Positions 41,181-53,980 of a stretch of DNA of 64,000 bases are shown here, piece after piece. A program made the position numbers and the translations under genes. How positions within the stretch are numbered: the first letter of the stretch is position 1; each line of letters opens with the position of its first letter. Source of the DNA: Chrysomallon squamiferum (lineage: Eukaryota; Animalia; Mollusca); NCBI GenBank assembly GCA_012295275.1, contig CM022671.1, forward strand, positions 25,668,001 through 25,732,000, read 5' to 3'. The notes under the pieces are model-generated. The model was given only the letters and a program-made list of their open reading frames with translations. It did not search any database and had not been told where the DNA came from.

Positions 41181-42140
41181 TTTGTTTACTTAGAAAACAA
41201 ATACAAGGATTATATAATTTTGTAACTGTATCCTGTATTAATTTTATCTAAATTATTCTTTATTCTAATTTAATTTTAACATGTATCTATTTCAAATATG
41301 AATATGGATCTTTGTCTGCATCAGTTTAATCTACTTTCTTTAAAATGTAATTATTATTAATACTGAAAGAAGTGGCCTTACTAGTCTTTGTTACGCTAAA
41401 ACTAAAACTACATAGATTGTTTTATAATTTTGTTTATTTTTATTGGTAGCAGCATATTATTCATGTATTTTTGTACCTACATGTAGATATATATACATAT
41501 GTATGTATATGTATATTAAAACCTGCACATAGTTATTAATTCTAAACTAATTGGTTTACCTATTTAATAATTTTTTTTTTTCCATCATTTTTAACATGAA
41601 TAAGTTTAGTAATGATATAATTATTTCAGATAGAGAAATGTAATTTAGCTTGTTTTGTTATCTTTAATTTTAAATATAAATGATTTACTAATGATTCATC
41701 TTCAAGTTTATACTAGTATTTTGACTTGTTTGAGAATATGTAACTGAATCACGTTTACAAATGGAGAGACAACTAGACTGGTTTTTTCAGTTTAATTTAA
41801 ATCTAATATTTGATATGTTTTTAATTTCTATATTACAATTATACTATTGAAATATAATTAATTTCTACCATTTTTAATTCCCTCGATGAACAGACTTAAA
41901 CATAATAAATAAATAAATTTAGAAACAAAAAATAAAGGAAATCTTGAAAAAACAAAACATATATTACTCATTAATATCGACGTTGTATATTTTCATAATA
42001 CATAGTTACAATAAATTCAAGTTATAAATTATACACAGCTTAAATTAAAACAGGCTCTGTTTTCAAATGCTGGCAATATTTCTGTTTTGCACATCCATAT
42101 ACTATACCAAATAAAAGCTGTCGGCTGATGTGTGAAAGAT
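38128..42140 (+). other. Probable long AU-rich TAO kinase 3' UTR
   Basis: U-rich sequence continues from the stop to AATAAA at 42110-42115; extent is inferred. Confidence 0.45.
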
Positions 42141-44210
42141 AATACCAGTCTGTTTCTTTACCAGCCAAACTTTTTCACCCTACTGAGAAACGTGGTGGCA
42201 AATTTTGCCAAATTGTAATGTTTCATTAGGTTCTTTTGTGGCACCGTGTAATTCATTGCATATCTATAGCGATAATTAACCCCTCCATTTCATTGGAATT
42301 CAAGTTTATTTTGTATTACTTTATTTTGATCGTTATTTTTATTTTTATTTTTATTTTTATTTTTTTTTTTTTCTTCTGTAAAACATTAGATTTCACTTCC
42401 AGGTATGTTTTTAATCATAGAATAACAAATTATGCTATCTTTCAAATTTAAATTGTTATTATTAGTAATTTTTTATTTTTTTTTTTTATAAATTTTTTTT
42501 TTTTTATTTTTTTATATATAATGCTCTGACAGTTATCTTGTTTTATTTATTCTGCTGTACTTAACTCACTCTTCTAATACTCACTTATAACTCTCTCTCT
42601 CTCTCTCTCATTTCTCCAGTATTAATTAGACTCCAAAGTAACTACTCGTAGCACGCTTCCTATCTAATGAATTGACTGACGAATACATAGTTTGCCGAAT
42701 AATTACGGAAAAGCTCGAGTGCTGCATAATTAGTGTAATGTATAAGGGTGTTGATGTTGATGGGTTGGCGTGAATGTTAAAAATCCGCACCACCTGATCT
42801 GTCTTGAGTGCGTACACGATATGTATATACATACCTGTCAGTTCAGATGAGTGTAAAACGTAAGTGATTATCGAAAATTTTACACACTTGTATGAACAAA
42901 TAAAACAAGAATTTTTTAACACTGCTAAAGTTGTGATGTCTTATATTCTGTTATTATCAGTTATTTTTTTTATTTATCATCATTATTATTACTATTACTG
43001 TTTCTACTAGAACTACTACTACCACTACTACAATTACTACTACTACTATAAATATTATTATTTGTAACTTCTAGCCCCTCTGTATATCACTACTGATAAA
43101 TATTATTTCACAAAAAAATCACTCGAGACTGCTGTAAATACAAGTTCTAAATGTGTACATTGTACAAGTGTTATCAAAAATGCATAATGTGTTTAACAAA
43201 AATGGTGCCGATCAAAAAAAAAAAAAAATTTTAGAATTGTGTGTCAGTGGATAATTTGTATAAAGTTGAAGAATTTCACTCCAAATTATATTAATATGAT
43301 GTATAACGTGTATTATACGATGAACCAATGTTAAAGTGTAAGCAGAATGATTGTATATTAACAGTCATCTAGCCTAGATATTTATCTTGGAAATATGTAT
43401 TTTGAAATACGTAAAATAAAAATTACAGTGTCATTTATCTTGGTCATATTTGTTGTGAGAATTAGTTAAATCATTTAATGGTAGATCACTTCTAATATAT
43501 ATATATATAACACTTTCATCCACGCACACGTACACGCACATACACACAAACGTGCTTGATTGGATTTTTTCTTTTTTAATTAATTTTATTTTATTTTATT
43601 TTATTTTTTTTAAAGAAGAGTTAATTGGAATCTGTAAAGTTATCTATTTGAACTGATTTAAAATGATTTATCTTTTGAATCATTTAAATAATCATAATAC
43701 CGTTCTAACTCTTATCGAATAGGAGGGAGAACGAATGTATGTAGTAAACAAAAAGCAAAAACGGTTTGTTGACGATGAATAATTATACACAATTCAGATC
43801 ATAACCGGTTTCCACAGCGACCCTTTTGAATCGTCCATTCTAGTACAAAAATCATAAAAACACACTACAGGAAGAGAAAGCTAGTCCTGATCAAATGCCA
43901 ACCACCTGAATGACGCAGTCTGTCCTTTGGTATTTTGTTAGTTACGTTTCAAAATTTTTCAACAAGCTGCACAGGAAATGGTAAGAAACGGAAAGATTTT
44001 CTTCGTGATTTCAGTAAGATTCGTATTTCTGTTCATTTCGGTTCATCGTCGCCACAGCAGATGGAACCAAATTCGTCTGACTTTTCCTGTGAAAGGAACG
44101 TGTCTATTGTTGATTGATTTTATGAATAATTTTCTCTTCTTGCCTTTTACAAGAAAATTTATTTATATGTTCTGAGAATGTGGCAAGATATATATGAGAG
44201 AGAGAGAGAG

Positions 44211-44265
<55 letters not shown>

Positions 44266-44697
44266 ATACTTGGAAACTGATTTCAGCTGTCTGGCACAAG
44301 ATTTCGAATTTATTGCCTCTACACTATAACATGAGATTCAGTATATTTATATATTTTGTGGTTACAAATCAAAATATATATTGTTGCTAATAGTAAAAGA
44401 CTAACTAGATGTAGCGAGTTTCTTATCTGTGTAGTCCTCAACGATATATGTGATTTAACAGTAATTATAAAATATACTGAATATGCTGTTTTATAAGATG
44501 ACTACTGAGAATTGGGTGTAAGGAGAAGAATCAAAATTGGTCACTATCCTTGACGAAGCTAAATTCAGTCAACGTTCTGCCTGTATCAAAAATAAATTTC
44601 ATATTTTGAAACATTCACACACACACACACACATAAAAATGTTTTAATTATTAGTTATTTTTGTATATTATTCTATCTCCATGTCAGCTTTTTCTGA

Positions 44698-44702
<5 letters not shown>

Positions 44703-44774
<72 letters not shown>
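44703..44774. repeat. (CT)n microsatellite
   Basis: Perfect run; other (CT)n runs at ~52308, ~57485, ~62679 in the units. Confidence 0.95.
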
Positions 44775-44775
<1 letters not shown>

Positions 44776-44929
44776 AAAATGAAGTTAGTATTCATTAAAC
44801 TAGAAACAAATTTAATCAATTTACAGGTTCTACAAATATATCATAGCGCGGTGATTTCCTGATACGTAAACGTATGAATGGATTTTTGGATTTTGAATAA
44901 ACTCTGTCTTATGTACATCTGATTATATT

Positions 44930-45070
44930 CGGGAACGCACTGGCACAGGAGGATCAAATCTAATCACGACATCACAAACCCCGTCAGAGGGCGCTCACGA
45001 GACTCGAACGTATGGCACCCGGTCGCCCGAACTCCGAAGACGTAAGAAGTTACCGTTCGGCCATCTAGAC
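44930..45070 (-). mobile_element. tRNA-derived SINE head
   Basis: Minus strand has A-box-like TGGCCGAACGG and B-box GTTCGAGTC; no complete cloverleaf. Confidence 0.6.
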
Positions 45071-45256
45071 AACCTCAGTAAGGGTTGCTCTGTAACCGAG
45101 GGTAATCATCGCTTCCCACGAAGCACGCAGTTCTTTTTGTCTTCGTCATTTTTGCGTGAATCTATCTTTTTTGTTGTTTGTTGTTTTCGTTATTTTTTTT
45201 ATTTTTTTGTTTTTTTTAGTTTTTTTTAGGGTTTCCTACAAATTAAAACAAACTGA

Positions 45257-46097
45257 AATCACCCACTTAAAATCTAAGGTTTCTAATATTCAGTTAAAAA
45301 ACAAAAATAAGCCCTGTGCTTTCAAACGCTGCTGTTTACTCCTCACGGACTGATATTAAAAAAGGGAGACAATATACGTGGTGACCAGGTTATTTTTCAG
45401 TCACGCTGTACATTAACATATTAACACTGAACATGTTTTTGAAGTCAAAAATAACCATATGACTTATGCATACATTTAAAAATTATAACATGATATATTA
45501 ATTACTGAAATATAATTTGCATTTTTGAAGTGAATAGCATTATTTTTAATTTTATTTATTTACTGGAGCTTCTTGTTACAAACTTTAGAATTTAAATTTT
45601 ACACAAATAGTCATATGAATCTTTTTTTGTTTGTTTGTTTTGTTTTTTTAGGGATTTTTTTTAATTATTATTATTATATTTTTTTTAAAGAAATTAAAAG
45701 GGTAAAGCTATACGTGTTTAAATTAAAAAAATACTGTAATTTCTTATTTTCTGTTTGCACCTGATTTTTGATATCCTGAACGAAATGGTGCTTTTTATTT
45801 GTTGTTGTTGTTGTTTACTAAATCTAATTTGGTTTTTTGGGGAGAGGGGAGGCAAACTATTTTCATCTTTTTCAGTATGTTAATATATTTTGAATCCTTG
45901 AAGAAAAAAACAAACAAATTAGTTTCAATACTCCCTACATTTTAGATTTTTTAACAGTAAACATTTCTATGGAAAATTAAGATGGTTTTCTTACATTTTT
46001 TGGTTACAGAGTTTTAAATATTTATACATAAAGATGCCAATGATCATCAAATTACATGTAAATATTATTTTAACAGAAATATGTATATAAGCAAAAA
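45257..46097 (+). repeat. Direct duplicate of 40274-41070 (probable TAO kinase 3' UTR)
   Basis: Shared blocks aatcacccacttaaaa, gagacaatatacgtggtga, gaagtcaaaaataaccatatgacttatg...ttttacacaaatag, gtttgcacctgatttttgatatcctgaacgaaatggtgc, cagaaatatgtat. Confidence 0.93.
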
Positions 46098-47935
46098 CGG
46101 ACTGCTGTTAAATAAAAAGACACAATGAAGAATAAAAAATTAACATATTGTTTATTACATGAAAAAGCATGAGACATGTAACTACATTTAAGAATTGTAA
46201 GTCGATATACATCTAAGCATGTGAACTTCTTATAAAATAGAAAACAAAATTTAACTTTTCTGAAATGAAAACAAAACAGAAGTGTAACCAAATAATTTAC
46301 TGAAAATTAACAAATGCAAAACGTTTGCAATCTACATGTATACTGTAAATAATGGAATTCAAATACTGTTGATTGAAAAAACAGTATCAGAGCAACAGTA
46401 ATCAGCAAGTCCATTATTAGACAACACAGCAGCCAAAACCACCTGTTCTAAAATCTCGAAATAGTCATAATCTCTACATGCTGTACAAAGAAACTAAGCA
46501 ACCAAAATACAGATGCTGTGAAATTTCAGATTATTTGTAATCAGCTTGAATATTTAAAATAAACACAGCAAATAAAATATGGATGTTTAAACACGTGTTT
46601 AAATCTCAACTTGAGTAATGGAGAAGAACTAAACTAATTTTCAGCTCTAAAAATTGTAAAACTTACAGTAATCATCAAGATTACTGTTAAAATTACAATC
46701 AAAATGTAAAAATGTCAAAGTTATAATAATTAACATAATATAAACAAACACACACACACACACGCACACACACGCACACACACACTATATATATACAAAA
46801 CAACCAAAACACTGGTGTTGGAAAAAGTCAAAATAATCAGAACCTAAGCATGTAATTAACGACAATCTTCATGCCTATTGTTCATCTCTGCTCGGTACAG
46901 TTTTGCTTTTTTCTTCTTCCAGTTCCTGTGTTTTCCTTTCTTTCTTTTACATACCAAGAAAATCCATAGCCGCCAATGTTGTAAATGTTCTTGCCATGTT
47001 TTCGGAATGAAGTAAAAACTAGCAGCAGAAGAACCTCTGAGACGAACAGTCATGTTGTAGACTCACAAAGTCTGAAAAAACAGTTCTGTCGTCAAGAAAC
47101 TTCTCAGGTATCGGACGACAGTTGAATGTTTTGGTGAAACCAAATTCCTCATCGTCGACGAAGGACATGTAGTTCTCTGTTAAAACAAGAGTCAGCTGGG
47201 TTGGAAGAACGACAGACATTACGACTGTCTGATTTTTTCTGTTTTTAGTCAAGCTGTACGTAAGACTTCGCTAGATGAATGCAGACAAGATTCTTCTCGG
47301 AAAAGTAACTGCTACAGCTCCTGCTACAGCTCCTGCTCTTGGTTATATAGAAAAGTGCCCGGAAAGAATGGGCGGATCACGTGGAGTCTTCTGTCGTCGG
47401 TAGCTCTGATATTCCGCCTAAGCGTGAACAGTTTTAATTGAATTTATTTTATTTTAACGTTACGTATATTCCACTCAACCAGGAAATAATTGTAATAAAT
47501 TACTGAATGAAACAACTTATTGAAACACGCACGCACACATAACACCATGGACAGACACGCGTAGATAAAATTATAAAATCGCTCCACAAAAACATGAACA
47601 CGCACACGTGCTGAAATATATATTCTAGTGAAACCTAGAATGCTTTCCAGAATACCGCATATTTGGAGTGGCCTCCATTATGTGAGATTTTAATTAGTAT
47701 TAAAATTTAATAAAATTATTACGGAACAAACACTCAAGAAATCTGTTCAATGTAAATTGATCCCATTTTTAAAAATCGTCAATCTGGACTTCTTCATTTG
47801 TGTTATCTAACGTGTGTATGATCAAGTAACCCAGGACCTGTGCGTAACTTTATTCTTATTATCGCGCTCCACTTATTTTTCTGCTCCTGTTAAGAACCCA
47901 AAGTGGTCCCCATATCCTTATCCAAGAGTTGACAT

Positions 47936-48187
47936 CAGTGGCGGGCAGAGGTCTGGTGACGCCCGGGGCCAACTCCTTGATTGTACGCCCCAAAGACTCA
48001 AGTAGAAGACCTAGGACTGCAAAATATTATGGGGAAGGAAGATATTTTGAATATGACAACACAGATGAAACATAAAATAAAAACTTTATTTGATTTAAAT
48101 ATAAATCAACCAAATCTATTAAGTTCTTTTCTCTGGTTGGATGCACGCGGCCAATGACCCTTCGCCCCCCCCCTCTGCAAGCCACTG
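47936..48187. mobile_element. hAT-type MITE, 252 bp, complete
   Basis: TIRs cagtggcgggcagagg / cctctgcaagccactg (14/16 match); 8-bp TSD gttgacat / gttgccat (7/8). Confidence 0.8.
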
Positions 48188-48816
48188 GTTGCCATAGATC
48201 TGCACGGCCTTGGAAATGCGATATATATATATATATAACTGTGTTAGCAGGAAAAAGACATTCACGTTAAAGAAAACGTGATCGAACAGCTGAAAGTGTA
48301 AGCAGAATGGCAGTGGATCTAGTAGACAGATGATCCTAAAGAATTTTTTATTTTATTATTATTATTATTATTATTTTATTTTTTTTTTTCCTGAATGCGG
48401 TATTCTGGAAAACATTCTAGATTTCACTAGAATATATATATATATTTCAGCACGTGTGCATGTTCATGTGCGATTTTATAATTTTATCTACGTGTGTCTG
48501 TCCATGGTGTTACGTGTGTGTGCGTGTTTCAATAAGTTGTTTCATTCATTAATTTATTACAATTATTTCCTGGTTGGAATATACGTAACGTTAAAATAAA
48601 ATAAATTCAATTAAAACTGTTCACGCTTAGGCGGAATATCAGAGCTACCGACGACAGAAGACTCCACGTGATCCGCCCTGTCTTTCCGGGCACTTTTCTC
48701 TATCACCAAGAGCAGCAGCTGTAGCAGTTACTTTTCCGAGAAGAATCTTGTCTGCATTCATCTAGCGAAGTCTTACGTACAGCTTGACTAAAAACAGAAA
48801 AAATCAAACAGTCGTA

Positions 48817-49082
48817 ATGTCTGTCGTTCTTCCAACCCAGCTGACTCTTGTTTTAACACAGAACTACATGTCCTTCGTCGACGATGAGGAATTTGGTTTC
48901 ACCAAAACATTCAACTGTCGTCCGATACCTGAGAAGTTTCTTGACGACAGAACTGTTTTTTTCAGACTTTGTGAGTCTACAACATGACTGTTCGTCTCAG
49001 AGGTTTTTCTGCTGCTAGTTTTTACTTCATTCCGAAAACATGGCAAGAACATTTACAACATTGGCGGCTATGGATTTTCTTG
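48817..49082 (+). pseudogene. Exon 1 of the unit gene, copy 1 (frameshifted, TATA mutated)
   Basis: Extra T in gaactgtttttttcag changes the frame (RTVFFRLCESTT*); TATATAA changed to tctatca near 48700. Confidence 0.4.
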
Positions 49083-49536
49083 GTATGTAAAAGGAAGAAA
49101 GGAAAACACAGGAACTGGAAGAAGAAAAAAGCAAAACTGCACCGAGTACAGATGAACAATAGGCATGAAGATTGTCGTTCATTTTGTAGCACCATGTGTG
49201 TATGTGTGTGCGTGTGAGTGTGTGTATTTATATGTAAATTATTATAACTTTGACATTTTTACATTTTGATTGTAATTTTAACGGTAATCTCGATGATTAC
49301 TGTAAGTTTTACAATTTTTAGAGCTGAAAATTAGTTTAGTTCTTCTCCATTACTCAAGTAGAGATTTAAACACGTGTTTAAACATCCATATTTTATTTGC
49401 TGTGTTTATTTTAAATATTATTTTGACTTTTTCCATGTAGAGATTATAACACGAGATTTTAGAACAGTGCTGTGTTTTTGATTACTGTTGCTCTGATATT
49501 GTTTTACATATTACAATCGGTTTTCATTTGTTAATT

Positions 49537-49598
<62 letters not shown>

Positions 49599-50027
49599 AT
49601 ATTATGTTAATTATTATAACTTTGACATTTTTACATTTTGATTGTAATTTTAACAGTAATCTTTACAGTATACATGTAGATTACAATCGGTTTTCATTTG
49701 TTAATTTTCAATAAATTATTTGGTTACACTTCTGTTTTGTTTTCATTTGAGAAAAGTTAAATTTTGCCTTCTATTTTATAAGAAGCTCACGTGCTTAGAT
49801 TTATAATTATATCGACTCCGCGTTATAATTCATAAATGTATGTCTGTGTTAATACGTTATTGTTCGCAGTCTCTTTTTGTGACAGCAGTCCGGTTGCTGT
49901 AAACAACAGAGTTTGAAAGCTCAGGGCTTATTTTTATTTCTTAACCCCCAAGTCAGCACGTCTGTGTTTGCGGTTGTTTGTGTCGTAGAGTCTGCAAAGA
50001 CCCGATGGAACGTTTCAAAGGTACACA

Positions 50028-50061
<34 letters not shown>

Positions 50062-50329
50062 GGCCATATTATCAATGAAGAGCATATATCTGATAATGGT
50101 TCCCATGAATAAACAATACTTTTTTTTTCCTAACCTAATGAACTCATATAACACAACAGCAACACTATTGTCTAAAATACGAAGATTCATGAAACGTTCT
50201 CAGTCACAAAACACTGTATGTTCTTCCGGGGTACCTCCGACGACAACAGTGGAAATTGTTTCATGGTCTGATGGTTTTGTTTTCAGCACGTGAAAGCCAG
50301 ACAAATCAAACAATCTATTCACACACACT

Positions 50330-51268
50330 TTTCTAGATGGGGTTAGCATAACACACTGGTAGGCCTGTTCCTACTCGCAGTCAGTGAATGTAACAGAGGC
50401 TGAGCGATGCTCCTTGCAAACGTTTTTGCCACACAGTTTGCAGATCATCTGTGATTTTCTGTCCTGATTTCTGGGACACATGAAGCACCTTCTCTTTTTA
50501 GGTGGTCCTTTGGGGTTTACCCGATCCCTTTTCACAATACTGTACTCCAAAGCAATAAGAGCAAGCTCGGCTCCTTTCTGGATGGCTCTGATTCAGTCGG
50601 CTGATTCCCACGTTCTGTCAGGAACTTTCGACATTTGCTTCTGTTCTTGATCTGGTAGTCTGGAAATGTTACTGCTACTGCTGCTACATCTAACACGTTG
50701 AAGAAAACACACACTGGCCATCGCATGATCTTCCGTCTACATGTATAAAGTGTAACCAAGTGGTCCAGGTTATCTACTCCTCCCTTCGTAGAGTTGTAGG
50801 AGAGAATAGCTTTTTCATAATGCTGACTGGTCAGACAGCTGACACTTTTGTTCTGTTCTATTCTCACTCAAAACATCATAATTTGTTCATTTCATGTCAT
50901 ATATCTTGACACCATGGTCTATAGATGATACTGGTGCAAAGGTTCCTATTTTTACTTAGCTGATTTTCTGTGGAAAAAGTTCATCAGTATGATCTAGTTG
51001 ACTTCTGTATGATCAGAGTGGCTTCTTTTCAAAATTCCCAATAGATGGAGTAACTTCAACTTCTTCTAGAAAACAGTAAACTGTGGGGTCTGGGTAGAAC
51101 GTGGTTTCTGGCTTTTAGGCCAGATTTACGTAGAATGAGTCATGTTATCCATAGTTATGACAGTGACCAAAGAGGGGGCATGGTGTCGAACAGTCACAGA
51201 AAGGCAGGCAGAGAACAGTTCACGTTTCCGAGTTTTCTACAGAAATCCCTGTGCGGCTTAAGGGTTAA
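50330..51268 (-). mobile_element. Internally deleted piggyBac element, copy 1
   Basis: ILSYNSTKGGVDNLDHLVTLYTCRRKIMRWPVCVFFNVLD (piggyBac C-terminal catalytic region); frameshifted Cys-rich tail KRRCFMCPRNQDRKSQMICKLCGKNVCKEH (~50380-50500); 5' end TTAA|CCCTT at 51268-51260. Confidence 0.88.
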
Positions 51269-51351
51269 CTGTATATTTGAAACCTTTGATTTTAAGGGGG
51301 TTATTCCTAATTGCTTTAATTTTTAAGAAACCGTTTTTATTTTACTGAAAA

Positions 51352-51390
<39 letters not shown>

Positions 51391-51497
51391 ACTTGTCAGT
51401 ACCAGGTTTCCCACAAAAAATTACGAAGGAGAAAGAACTGCGTGCTTCATGGGAAGCGATGATTACCCTCGGTTACTGAGCAACCTTTATTAAGACA

Positions 51498-51630
51498 GTC
51501 TTGATGGCCGGACGATAACGTCTTCGGAGTGCGGGCGACCGGGTGCGATACGTTCGAGTCTCGTGAGCGGCCTCTGATAGGGTTTGTGAGGTCGTGATTA
51601 GATTTGATCCTCCTGTGCCAGTGCGTTCCC
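51498..51630 (+). mobile_element. tRNA-derived SINE head, copy 1
   Basis: TGGCCGGACG A-box-like; GTTCGAGTC B-box 51552-51560. Confidence 0.55.
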
Positions 51631-52306
51631 TATTATAATCAGATGTACATAAGTCAGAGAATATTCAAAATCCTGAAAAACATACATAGATAACAATACG
51701 AATCTGGGAATCACCGCTCTGCAGAATGGAGACAGAGAGAGAGATGCTGGATTATTCAGATAAGCTGACCTTTGAAGACAGAGTGATATACTAAGTAATA
51801 ATTAAAACATTTTTAAAATAATATATTTGTATGCGTACGTAAATTAAAAATATATTAAAAACTGATATTGTTTCAAAATATGAAATTTGTTCTTAATACA
51901 GGCAGAACGTTGACTGGATTTAACTTATAAACAAACTTGTCTTAAAATTAGTTCGTCAAGAATTTAGATTCTTTTTCATACATCGGATTCTCAGTAGTCG
52001 TCTTATAAAACAGCATATTCAGTATATTTTATTTATTTATTTTTTAATTACTGTTAAATCACATACATCGTTGAGGACTACACAGATAAGAAACTCGCTA
52101 CGTCTAGTTAGTCTTTTACTGTTAGCAACAATATATATTTTGATTTGTAACCACAAAATATATAAATATACTGAATCTCATGCAATAGTGTAGAATGGGA
52201 TCCAAAAACCATTGGAGACAATAAATTCGAAATCTCCTTGTGCCAGACAGCTCAAAACAGTTTCAAATTAAGGAGACACACACGCACGCACGCACTCCCA
52301 CACATA

Positions 52307-52390
<84 letters not shown>

Positions 52391-53859
52391 TTTCTTTCTC
52401 TCTCTCATATATATATATTAATAGATATTCCCAGGTCTATGTTGGCATCTTGCCCCGTCCTTACAACATATAAATACGCTTTCTTGTAAAAGGCAAGAGA
52501 AAATTATTCATAAAATCAGTCAACAATAGACATGATCCTTTCACGGGAAACGTCAGACATATTCGGTGTCATCTGATGTGGAGACGATGGACTAGCTAAA
52601 TAAACAGAAATATGAATTTTATTGAAATCACGAAGAAAATCGCTCAGTTTGTTACCTTTTCTTCTAGGTAAATTTTGAAACGGAACTAATAAAATACCAA
52701 TGCTTCATTCAGGTGGTTGGCATTTGATCAGGACTAGCTTTCTCTTCCTGCTGTCAGTTTGTTTTTGGTTGTTGTTTTTTTTGTTATTTTTATACTAGAA
52801 AGGCCGATTCAAAATGGTCACTATGGAAACAGGTTATGATCTAAATTGTCAACAATTGGCCGACCGGTTTTTTTACGGGGTTGATTTTACTACTAGTATT
52901 CGTTATACCTCCTATTTCACAAGAGTGAGAACCGAAATATGATTATTAAAATGATTCAAAGGATAAATCGTTCTAAATCAGTTCAAACATATAACCTTAC
53001 AGATTCCAATTAATTTTTCTTAAAAAAGGAAAAACAAAAAAAAACAAAAAAAGAAGAAGAAGAAAGAAAGAAAAGAAGGAAAGAAACAGGTTTGTTAAAA
53101 AAAATTCTTGTTTTATTTGTTCATACAAGTGTGTAAAATGTTCGATAATCACTTACGTTTTACATTCATCTGAACTGAAAGGTATGTACGTATCGTGTAC
53201 GCATTTATAACTGTATCGAGTCCGTGTTATAATTTTTAAACGTTTATAAACGTCACAGGTTTTCTCATTTCATACATATTTTGAATATGACAACACAGAT
53301 GAAACATAAAATAAAAACTTTATTTGATTTAAATATAAATCAACCAAATCTATTAAGTTCTTTTCTCTGGTTGGATGCACGCGGCTAATGACCCTTCGCC
53401 CCCCCTCCCCTCTGCAAGCCACTGGTTGCCATAGATCTGCACGGCCTTGTAAATGCGATATACATATATAACTGTTTTAGCAGAAAAAAGACATTCACGT
53501 TACAGAAAACGTGATCGAACAGCTGAAAAGTGTAAGCAAAATGACTGAGAATCTAGTAGACAGATGATCCTAAAGAATTTTTTATTTTATTATTATTATT
53601 TTATTTTTTTTCCTGAATGCGGTATTCTGGAAAACATTCTAGATTTCACTAGAATATATATATATATTTCAGCACGTGTGCATGTTCATGTGCTTGTGGA
53701 GCGATTTTATAATTTTATCTACGTGTGTCTGTCCATGGTGTTACGTGTGTGTGCGTGTTTCAATAAGTTGTTTCATTCATTAATTTATTACAATTATTTC
53801 CTGGTTGAGTGGAATATACGTAACGTTAAAATAAAATAAATTCAATTAAAACTGTTCAC

Positions 53860-53980
53860 GCTTAGGCGGAATATCAGAGCTACCGACGACAGAAGACTCC
53901 ACGTGATCCGCCCATTCTTTCCGGGCACTTTTCTATATAACCAAGAGCAGGAGCTGTAGCAGTTACTTTTCCGAGAAGAA
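53860..53980 (+). promoter_or_regulatory. TATA promoter of the unit gene (copy 2; also ~59085-59200)
   Basis: E-box CACGTG 53900-53905, GC box CCGCCC 53908-53913, kB-like GGGCACTTTTC 53923-53933, TATATAA 53934-53940, Inr-like GCAGTT with its A 27 bp after the first T of TATA, GAS TTCCGAGAA 53969-53977. Confidence 0.55.

Larger units (their letters stand above)
44104..47219 (-). pseudogene. Putative two-exon small gene, weak DED-like pattern (inverted copy)
   Basis: TATATAA 47349-47343; ATG 47219; in-frame TAG 47021-47019; donor G|gtatgt at 46955; candidate exon 2 44171-44104 (EHINKFSCKRQEEKIIHKINQQ*). Confidence 0.4.
42810..47660 (-). repeat. Inverted, mosaic copy of the 5.2-kb unit
   Basis: Reverse-complement matches: 46095-47660 to 48380-49893; 43605-45150 to 51420-53020; 42810-42920 to 53095-53203. 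Confidence 0.92.

Noticed and set aside
49366-49383. 18-bp perfect palindrome tttaaacacgtgtttaaa (also ~46586)
   Set aside because: Short, AT-rich, absent from units 2 and 3; no evidence of function.
51498-51580. Functional tRNA genes in each unit
   Set aside because: A/B boxes present but no acceptor stem or complete cloverleaf; SINE remnant is more likely.
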